DNA from: a virus
Taxonomy: Duplodnaviria > Caudoviricetes
Length of the DNA stretch: 56,716 nucleotides
Reading direction: 5' to 3' (one strand)
Virus record (IMG/VR): IMGVR_UViG_3300025407_000978
Coordinates: 1-56,716 of that record
Shown: piece by piece, positions 47,944 to 54,943 of the stretch
How positions within the stretch are numbered: position 1 is the first letter of the stretch
Layout: each line of letters begins with the position of its first letter
Notes under the pieces: model-generated
The model's database searches: none
Told to the model about the DNA's origin: nothing
What the model saw: the letters and a program-made list of their open reading frames with translations, nothing else
Made by a program: the position numbers and the translations under genes

Positions 47944-48807
47944 TTATTTTTCCTCAGACACTTTATTATTATTATTGGTTGTGTCTACATGTTTATCCCA
48001 CCAAGATTCTTCTGGGGGTGGCATTGGATATTTGAAATCCCAAACCCCTTTATGTTCACCCTCTTTTATCAACTCTACAACAGCAGCCTCGATTGCGGTC
48101 TTAACTGCTAATGTACCTGGCTCGTTTATTGTCAAGCCAGTTTCCAACTCAAACGACTGTGTTCCCTCTCTGAAGAATCTTAAGACAGCAACACTATCTG
48201 CCGTTGAGTATATTGTCTTAGTAACTGTAACTGCTACTAAGACTTTACCTGTAGCAACACTTACTGCTCTGAGACTAATAACTACTATGTCCTTACTGTA
48301 CTGTGTACTAGGACCAATGCCTAACCAACGATATGCGTAGCCACCACTTACTGTGCTGCTATCATATCCTACAATACCACCTTCTAATATTATTCCTGCG
48401 AATAGCATTGGCGGCAATTGTTGAGCATCTTTACCTTCATAAGCATCACGCATTTGTTTAATAATGGTGCGCTCTTTAATTAAGTCATCAACATTTGTTC
48501 TTTCTACAACATCGAACCATTGACCTTTGCCTACATTTTGTAATGCTTGTATTAAGAATGGTTCTGCACCTTGTGTAACAGCACTGCTAAAACTAGCATA
48601 TGTGCCACTGTTTCTGCGTTGACCTGTTAAATCTGTAAATTTATAAACGCTTACTATAACTTTAGGACTTGCTGGAGGAGGTATAATATCAAACTCACGC
48701 TGCAACCTATTAGGAGCGACAGTAGGCAATTCCTCTTTAAACATTTTCTGTTGTAACGCACATCCAGTTAATGATAGCGTTAGTAATAATATTAATAACT
48801 TTTTCAT
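47944..48807 (-). CDS. csgG: Curli secretion channel lipoprotein
   Basis: Lipobox LTGC; VY.F.DLTGQR, SSAVTQGA, WF.VVER, ERTII, LEGGIVGYDS. Confidence 0.92.
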   Translation of the reverse strand: MKKLLILLLTLSLTGCALQQKMFKEELPTVAPNRLQREFDIIPPPASPKVIVSVYKFTDLTGQRRNSGTYASFSSAVTQGAEPFLIQALQNVGKGQWFDVVERTNVDDLIKERTIIKQMRDAYEGKDAQQLPPMLFAGIILEGGIVGYDSSTVSGGYAYRWLGIGPSTQYSKDIVVISLRAVSVATGKVLVAVTVTKTIYSTADSVAVLRFFREGTQSFELETGLTINEPGTLAVKTAIEAAVVELIKEGEHKGVWDFKYPMPPPEESWWDKHVDTTNNNNKVSEEK

Positions 48808-49280
48808 GGACCTGTTCCACTTCCTGTTATATTAAATGTGCCTAATGGTACAGTAATTGTTGTTGTGTTGCCTAAACTATCAGTAATTGTTAATACAATA
48901 TTTCCACCAGTGTTTTGCCAAAAAATTGTATTACCTTGGAAAGCAAATGTGCCACTTGTTGCACTGCCACCTGCAAACATAGCAGTGGCTAAGTTTTGAC
49001 TAACTTGTGCTAGTATTCTACTTTCTAAGTTGGCTAAGAATTCGTTTAATGGTGTGTTTTTAGCATCGTTGATGGCTTGTTGTTGAGCAGCCAATAATGC
49101 TTGTTGTATTGCTTGTTGGCGTGTGTATTCTTCGTTCTCAATTGTTAGAACATAGGTGCCGTAATTCTGCCCATTAAAACTCGGACTTTTAAATTGAAAG
49201 TCTGGCAGTGGCGCACTGTTACTTCTTGTCACTACCCCCAGTAGTAGCAGGAACACTAGTGCTTGTGTTAGTTTTCTCAT
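48804..49280 (-). CDS. csgF: Curli assembly protein CsgF-like
   Basis: Signal peptide; FQFKSPSFNG; F..NLESRI..Q; D..G.TT.I.VP; adjacent to csgG. Confidence 0.8.
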   Translation of the reverse strand: MRKLTQALVFLLLLGVVTRSNSAPLPDFQFKSPSFNGQNYGTYVLTIENEEYTRQQAIQQALLAAQQQAINDAKNTPLNEFLANLESRILAQVSQNLATAMFAGGSATSGTFAFQGNTIFWQNTGGNIVLTITDSLGNTTTITVPLGTFNITGSGTGP

Positions 49281-49365
49281 CTTTCTTTTCCTTGTTCTTT
49301 TCGCTGCTCCACTCTAATTCAAGCAAGAGCACTTTTAAGACTTCTAGTTTTAATTTCATGTTCAT
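49219..49365 (-). CDS. Small hypothetical protein (48 aa)
   Basis: Not in the track; ATG overlaps the upstream TGA: MNMKLKLEVLKVLLLELEWSSEKNKEKKDE... Confidence 0.5.
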   Translation of the reverse strand: MNMKLKLEVLKVLLLELEWSSEKNKEKKDEKTNTSTSVPATTGGSDKK

Positions 49366-49673
49366 TTACTATCAACCTTAACTTTTTCTTTACCACCTTT
49401 ACCCTGCGCTTTGTTTCTCAATTCTTGTGCGTCACGCAGTATAATAGTAGTATCTAACTTTTGTTGTAGTCTAATAATATCATTATCCAACATTCTAATT
49501 CTGTCAATCAAAGCGATTAGTGTAATGTTACTTTCTTTAAGCACATTCTCAATGTGATTAGTAATATAGTTCCATATAAACCATACTAAGTAAAGCAACA
49601 TAACACTTGATACAATAGGAAAGCCATATTGACTTATTAAATCACCTATTTTTGCTAATGCTTGTGCTTCCAT
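49362..49673 (-). CDS. Single-TM coiled-coil protein (holin-like, BhlA/YvrJ-type N-terminus)
   Basis: ISQYGFPIV, TM helix, LIDRIRMLDNDIIRL. Confidence 0.55.
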   Translation of the reverse strand: MEAQALAKIGDLISQYGFPIVSSVMLLYLVWFIWNYITNHIENVLKESNITLIALIDRIRMLDNDIIRLQQKLDTTIILRDAQELRNKAQGKGGKEKVKVDSK

Positions 49674-49841
49674 TTACCACGTCACTTTAATCAAATTAAC
49701 TATTCCATCTACAATCTTGACAACGAATTGCTCATCTTCTTTGACATTAAGTTCTTCTGCTGTTAACTTCTTGTCAAATACTATGTTGTGCCCTTCGGTC
49801 AAGGAAAACTTTCCTTTGAATACAGTATCTTCCGATTCCAT
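49674..49841 (-). CDS. Small hypothetical protein
   Basis: Likely start MESEDTVF at 49841. Confidence 0.55.
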   Translation of the reverse strand: MESEDTVFKGKFSLTEGHNIVFDKKLTAEELNVKEDEQFVVKIVDGIVNLIKVTW

Positions 49842-49845
49842 AGAT

Positions 49846-50127
49846 TTAGTCTCGTCTTGCATCGACCTTACCATCTGCTCTAGCGATGCGATCAATGTCT
49901 GGTTTAAGTCCTAACAAATTGCTGATAGTCATATCAACACGAATTACATCATTATTCATGGTTTTAACACGATTGTCTAATGCTGTAATTATACCCTTTA
50001 ACCCCATAACCTTGTCACTTACCCCTTTAAGTATGTACTTTACACTTAAAAAGATAAAGAATCCACTAAGCATGGCACTTGCGATTGGAAACCCTACTTT
50101 ACCTATTAAATCAAAAATAGCCTGCAT
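49846..50127 (-). CDS. Single-TM coiled-coil protein, paralog of 49362..49673
   Basis: IGKVGFPIA, TM helix, LDNRVKTMNNDVIRV. Confidence 0.55.
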   Translation of the reverse strand: MQAIFDLIGKVGFPIASAMLSGFFIFLSVKYILKGVSDKVMGLKGIITALDNRVKTMNNDVIRVDMTISNLLGLKPDIDRIARADGKVDARRD

Positions 50128-50208
50128 TTAACACCTATATAAAAGTAAACCTCATATAGAGGTCTACTGATATATTTAGCGTTTTTGGGTCGTTTTAATG
50201 TGACGATA

Positions 50209-50577
50209 TTATCTATCGTAGATGCTAGGCTCACTAAGAGGGCTAAATTTTTGAGATAATGCTTTTTTAAAGCCTTCTAAACTAGCAACAGCCATGTCTT
50301 GCATGACTTCACGATCAGCTGGTTTTAATGTTAAGTAACGTTCTACGAACTTTTTGCTGATTTCGTGTGGAATTTTATGTTTTGTGCCGTCTTTAAACTT
50401 AACAGGATAATCACCGTCAACGTCTAAAGCTTTGCGTAACTGCATTAAAATATGCGGAACTTTATCCTCATCTGGATCATTAGGTAAGTCGTCTTGATCT
50501 TCCCAATCATCGTGTTTAGCCTTTTTTACGGGGCTTTTTTTATGTTTCTTTTCGATTAAAAATTCATTACTTCTCAT
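50209..50577 (-). CDS. Hypothetical late protein with a capsid-targeting-like N-terminus
   Basis: MRSNEFLIE; GATAAATA at 50594-50601. Confidence 0.7.
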   Translation of the reverse strand: MRSNEFLIEKKHKKSPVKKAKHDDWEDQDDLPNDPDEDKVPHILMQLRKALDVDGDYPVKFKDGTKHKIPHEISKKFVERYLTLKPADREVMQDMAVASLEGFKKALSQKFSPLSEPSIYDR

Positions 50578-50618
50578 AACATTTCCTCTACTATATTTAT
50601 CACATTACAAAGGTTATT

Positions 50619-50647
50619 AGTATAGCACATTTTAAATTTTATGTCAA
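50619..50647 (-). promoter_or_regulatory. sigma70-type promoter with extended -10
   Basis: TTGACA-17 bp-TATACT, preceded by TGn. Confidence 0.6.
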
Positions 50648-51249
50648 TTTTTTATACATTTTTTTGCCCAATTTGAAAAAAAACATTCACGTTCTATTGG
50701 ACAGCCAGGTAATAAATTGTCCAAACAATGCCCAAAATAACTATCATGTATAACCAATGAATTTGAAATACAAGGCAGTTTAAACCCACTATGTTGTTCG
50801 TCAATACTAACTCTTAAAGACCCATCAAATTTGTTGGTATATTCTTGATCCCAGTTATTATGTGTATAAAATATGCCTACATAAAGTTCATTATTTTTAT
50901 ATTTTATTGTTGGTAAGCGATGTTTATGCCAGGGGAATCCATGTCTTTGATTATTTTTTTGCGCTCCAACCTGCACTAATTCTATGTCAGTATTTTCAAT
51001 TTCACTTATAATTTTGTTGATTGTTTTAAGAAGTGTTACAAATGCTGAACCAATATTAAATTCCCAGTTATCTAATTCTGTATAGTTAGGAATATCAAAA
51101 CATCTAATTACAGGATTAATATTGTGTTCCCCTGGACATAACCACAAATTACTTTTTTGTTGTTGTATATTATTAAAGGCCAAATCATCTAATACATCAA
51201 ATACTTGATATACGTTATGATTATCTATTGTATAGGTTTTTATGTTCAT
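50644..51249 (-). CDS. 2OG-Fe(II) oxygenase-like protein
   Basis: WHKH, FYTH.NW, DG.L, NSLV, GH...R. Confidence 0.5.
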   Translation of the reverse strand: MNIKTYTIDNHNVYQVFDVLDDLAFNNIQQQKSNLWLCPGEHNINPVIRCFDIPNYTELDNWEFNIGSAFVTLLKTINKIISEIENTDIELVQVGAQKNNQRHGFPWHKHRLPTIKYKNNELYVGIFYTHNNWDQEYTNKFDGSLRVSIDEQHSGFKLPCISNSLVIHDSYFGHCLDNLLPGCPIERECFFSNWAKKCIKN

Positions 51250-51845
51250 TATTCGTCATACCATAGTAATGTTAAAATATCACGATTATCCATAGTATTT
51301 ACGTTAGGATGAAAAAATTCATGCCCAAACATTTGATTATGTCCTACAATTGTTTTTGGTTTTAACTGTGCTACAAACCCCAATCCCCAATGCCCGGGAC
51401 TATCTGGATATATACTTACTGTAAAAGTATCGCTTTGATTTTCAGGTAATTCTGGACCCAACATAAAAACACACAACAATCTTTTATTATCAGGTATATT
51501 GTCTTCGTGGTAATCTTTATGCCAGGCCATTGATTCAGGATTACGATAAAACCTAATACCGTGCAATCTAGGATTACTAGCACCCTCAATTATTAATTTT
51601 TGTTTGGTTAACTTAAACAATTCAATAAAATGAATATTAAAAATACTAGCAAGATCATCTAACTCAGACACATAGGTACGTACCCAACCCTCTGAGCCTT
51701 CGTTTTTAAAATCTACATTTTTATTAGAATCTACTATTATATTATTTCTAGTTACGTATGATTCTTTTGTTTGCATTAATGCTGAAAACAAATCTTCTGA
51801 TAAAAAGTTATTTTGTAAAAAACATTTATAGTCTTTTATGTTCAT
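51249..51845 (-). CDS. 2OG-Fe(II) oxygenase-like protein
   Basis: MAWHKD, GHE...R. Confidence 0.55.
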   Translation of the reverse strand: MNIKDYKCFLQNNFLSEDLFSALMQTKESYVTRNNIIVDSNKNVDFKNEGSEGWVRTYVSELDDLASIFNIHFIELFKLTKQKLIIEGASNPRLHGIRFYRNPESMAWHKDYHEDNIPDNKRLLCVFMLGPELPENQSDTFTVSIYPDSPGHWGLGFVAQLKPKTIVGHNQMFGHEFFHPNVNTMDNRDILTLLWYDE

Positions 51846-52783
51846 TTAAAACCAATTTTCATATATCGTTGATATTTGACTTCGGGATCTTCTAATGAAA
51901 TTTTGTTTAGATATACTACTTTGCGTAATGGAAACAACTCATCAAATTCTTCTAACGTTGAAGTTCTAGTTGGAACGTCTTCTACGTTATTACGACCTTG
52001 CATAGCTACTAGTACATTGTTAGGTACAGCATCTAACCAATCCGTATCCATGTCATTAGTAGAACAATTAATTACTGTTGCTGGTTTTTCATAAACTACA
52101 TCTTTGGCATCTTGATGTAATAATATTACTCTTCCCTCATCATATAAAGGTTGTAATAATTTTTCACTAGCGTTTAATAGTTTTTCATCAGTTTCTACTA
52201 ATACTAAATCATCAAATTTTATGCCAGCTTGTTGTAAGAATATCCCAATATTGCCATACCAACTACCTAATGCATAAATTCTGCCTGCTGATTTACCTTT
52301 TAATAACTTAGCTAACTTTTGACACAACCACATTTTACTGTCTACCAAATCAACTGTAAAACTTCCCTCTAATGTGTCAGGGCTTTGTTCTTGAATAGAT
52401 TGTTCTGTGATATATTTGTGGGGTAGAAATTTTAATTGTCTACGCACACCTTTTATATTATCTTTTATTTCTCGCCATTTTTCTCTAGTGATTTGATCTT
52501 CGTATTCTTTACCTTGTAGAAAACCTGAAGAAACTTTTAATTGTAATGCTAAGAATTCTTTTTTTTGTTTTATAAGTTTTTCTAATTCAGCTTTTAATCT
52601 AGGTTCTATATCTTCTCTATTTGGGTTGATCATTACTGCAGGACGAGGGTCATCAAGTTGTGCTGTTGTGTAATATCCTGCCGGGCTTTTAACTACCTTA
52701 TGTCCAAGTTTATCTGCTGCTTTTTTTGCAAAGTAAAAAGCTGAATATGTTTTAACTTCGGAAATAAATTCAAATGGTTTCAT
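51842..52783 (-). CDS. SAM-dependent methyltransferase-like protein with N-terminal extension
   Basis: SKMWL, ALGSWYG, VINCS, QG.N, RYMKIG; N-terminus MKPFEFISE. Confidence 0.65.
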   Translation of the reverse strand: MKPFEFISEVKTYSAFYFAKKAADKLGHKVVKSPAGYYTTAQLDDPRPAVMINPNREDIEPRLKAELEKLIKQKKEFLALQLKVSSGFLQGKEYEDQITREKWREIKDNIKGVRRQLKFLPHKYITEQSIQEQSPDTLEGSFTVDLVDSKMWLCQKLAKLLKGKSAGRIYALGSWYGNIGIFLQQAGIKFDDLVLVETDEKLLNASEKLLQPLYDEGRVILLHQDAKDVVYEKPATVINCSTNDMDTDWLDAVPNNVLVAMQGRNNVEDVPTRTSTLEEFDELFPLRKVVYLNKISLEDPEVKYQRYMKIGFK

Positions 52784-53271
52784 ATATGCACAGGTTTATT
52801 CATTACAACATACTGATCTCGTTTATCGTATGGCATACGCATTAGAAATTCCATAGCTTCATCATAGTCACTAAAAGTTGCTATAACTTGTTTTGTATGT
52901 TTATGTCTTACTAGATAATTAGCTGCTTCCCAAATCTCTTCAGTTCCGCGATTTTTGTTCCAAAACCGTTTACCCGCGTGTGTTAGCCCTTGACTTTTCT
53001 TAATTGTATAACCTTTATTTTTCATAAAATTATACATTTTATTTGCGATACCTTGTCCTCGATAGGGTTTTTTAACATGTGTGTAGTATGAAAAGATTTT
53101 TTTAGGACCACTGACTTTCCAATCAACATGTCCTAATTCTATGTTGCCTGTTTTGTCGTAAGCTGTTAATTTAATTTCATTATTTGTGCCACTACCTAGG
53201 CTGAGCATTAACCCATCATAATATTCTTTATGTGGTTCAGTGTCTTCAATTAAAAATTCGTTCGCTCTCAT
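52780..53271 (-). CDS. GNAT acetyltransferase-like protein
   Basis: V...YRGQGIA.KMY, T..G..FW; N-terminus MRANEFLIE. Confidence 0.75.
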   Translation of the reverse strand: MRANEFLIEDTEPHKEYYDGLMLSLGSGTNNEIKLTAYDKTGNIELGHVDWKVSGPKKIFSYYTHVKKPYRGQGIANKMYNFMKNKGYTIKKSQGLTHAGKRFWNKNRGTEEIWEAANYLVRHKHTKQVIATFSDYDEAMEFLMRMPYDKRDQYVVMNKPVHI

Positions 53272-53516
53272 CGTTTTTTAACCCTACCACGAAACCCAGC
53301 TGGCATACTCATAATCGTCAATTGTAGCCCATACAGGGTCTTTTCTTTAGTATTTCTGCCAAAGGCTAAATCCATGTATTCTTTACTGCCTACCTTAATA
53401 CCACGATCTTTTATTATCTGAGCAATATTAGGACGTTGTTTATCTTTAATATCGCTGATTTTATCTACACCAGCAATACGTTTCCACTTTTCAAGTTCCT
53501 TTTCCCAATCTTCCAT
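53268..53516 (-). CDS. Hypothetical protein
   Basis: 82 aa, coupled to neighbours. Confidence 0.65.
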   Translation of the reverse strand: MEDWEKELEKWKRIAGVDKISDIKDKQRPNIAQIIKDRGIKVGSKEYMDLAFGRNTKEKTLYGLQLTIMSMPAGFRGRVKKR

Positions 53517-54346
53517 TAGTCGTCCTTAGCATTAGCACCGCACTTAGCTTTTTTAGCATTAGTTAGTTTGCCGTAGTCAATAGGCCATTCTTTACCAACA
53601 GCTAATTCTTTACCGTTTTTAGGTAACATAATCATCATGCCACTGTCAGTCATAATGTCTTTAACTGGTTTACGAAACTTAGTTAAGTCATTGCCTAAGT
53701 TAGGATATGGATCAACATGTGGAAATTCCCAACCTGCGTATTCACCAGTTTTATTATTGAATATAACTTTGAAAAATGCGTGTGGAACAACTACACCACT
53801 GCCAATCTTTTTGTCATTGCTATCATAGATAGCACCACTGATTGCTGTATATTCTGTGTTGCCTTGTACTACCCAACCACGAAAACTTGTTTCTAATAAT
53901 TTCCATATACCGCGATTCAAGCTACCTGCTTGCGGTGTCATGTTAGTCATTAAGAAACTTTCATATTCAATTTGTTGGTCCCAGCTTTGATCGCCGTCTG
54001 GTGCCATATGACCTTTGTCATAACCTGTTTTTGCGTAGTCATTTGGTGTTGCGCCATTTTTAATACTGTTATCACTTGTAAATGCGTTACTACGTTCAAC
54101 ACAACCTAATGCGTGATCAGGTGTTAGTGTCCATTCTACGTATTCTGGAATTTTACTACTTGCGTCATAACCAACTAGATATGCTTGACGGCAAATCTGT
54201 GTCAACTGTGTTTTACTAATAGGTGCGCCATAAACTGCATGTACACTACATTGTGACACTGGCAATGGATCACGTTGTGTCCATGCATTACTGCTTGTGC
54301 AATAACCTAATAGTAACAAAGCTCCGATAATGTATAATTTTTTCAT
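53516..54346 (-). CDS. Secreted DNA/RNA non-specific endonuclease (NucA/EndoG family)
   Basis: Signal peptide; GYDKGHMAP, ESFLMTNMTPQ...LNRGIWKLLE, VPHAFFK. Confidence 0.92.
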   Translation of the reverse strand: MKKLYIIGALLLLGYCTSSNAWTQRDPLPVSQCSVHAVYGAPISKTQLTQICRQAYLVGYDASSKIPEYVEWTLTPDHALGCVERSNAFTSDNSIKNGATPNDYAKTGYDKGHMAPDGDQSWDQQIEYESFLMTNMTPQAGSLNRGIWKLLETSFRGWVVQGNTEYTAISGAIYDSNDKKIGSGVVVPHAFFKVIFNNKTGEYAGWEFPHVDPYPNLGNDLTKFRKPVKDIMTDSGMMIMLPKNGKELAVGKEWPIDYGKLTNAKKAKCGANAKDD

Positions 54347-54347
54347 A

Positions 54348-54788
54348 TTATTCTCTTTCTGTTTTTAATGTTGCTTCTAACATCCAACTAAGTTTTGTGT
54401 ATAAGTCTTGAAGTTCAGCCATATAATTAGCAATACCCTGTGCATTAGCTTCGGTAGCAACATCAAAAATTTCAGTAACTAAACCTGTCATTATTTTGCT
54501 ATCTGCTAATAATTCTCTTAACATTAATTCAGCACGAGGAATCATTGGTTGTTCTTTAATAACACTTAACTCTAACATTCTAGCCAATGTTTCTGGTGTG
54601 TATACATCTAATGTTCTGATGTATTCAGCAACAACATCTATTGTTTCATAAATGTTTTCATAAGTCTTTAATAAAAACTTATGATATTGTGGGAAATTAC
54701 TTCCCTCAATATTCCAATGGAAGCCATGTGTTTTTGTGTATAAAACAAATGTGCTACCTAATAATACTTTTAATTGTTCTGCTAACAT
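54348..54788 (-). CDS. dps: Dps-family ferritin
   Basis: KTHGFHWNIEG..F...H, D..AE.IR, WML. Confidence 0.9.
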   Translation of the reverse strand: MLAEQLKVLLGSTFVLYTKTHGFHWNIEGSNFPQYHKFLLKTYENIYETIDVVAEYIRTLDVYTPETLARMLELSVIKEQPMIPRAELMLRELLADSKIMTGLVTEIFDVATEANAQGIANYMAELQDLYTKLSWMLEATLKTERE

Positions 54789-54792
54789 ATTC

Positions 54793-54933
54793 TTACCTTT
54801 TATTAATCATATCGCTTGCTTTGTGCTGCCAAATATTTGGAAATATACCATGCACTATTAATACTACTGCTATTTGCCACGCTCTTAATAAATGCTTTAC
54901 ATAATTCATATTTACATCTTTTAAGTGTGACAT
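54793..54933 (-). CDS. Small membrane protein (DUF6356-like, 46 aa)
   Basis: Not in the track; AGGAGA RBS; MSHLKDVNMNYVKHLLRAWQIAVVLIVHGIFPNIWQHKASDMINKR*. Confidence 0.7.
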   Translation of the reverse strand: MSHLKDVNMNYVKHLLRAWQIAVVLIVHGIFPNIWQHKASDMINKR

Positions 54934-54943
54934 TTATAATCTC

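Noticed and set aside
43623-48340. Many short antisense or alternate-frame ORFs in the track (also within 26715-29674 and elsewhere)
   Set aside because: They lie inside well-supported genes, lack recognisable motifs and reflect codon bias of the coding strand
42536-49280. Host chromosomal contamination or chimeric assembly of the curli block
   Set aside because: Similar low GC, same orientation and seamless coupling to flanking phage-type genes; read-level checks are still advisable
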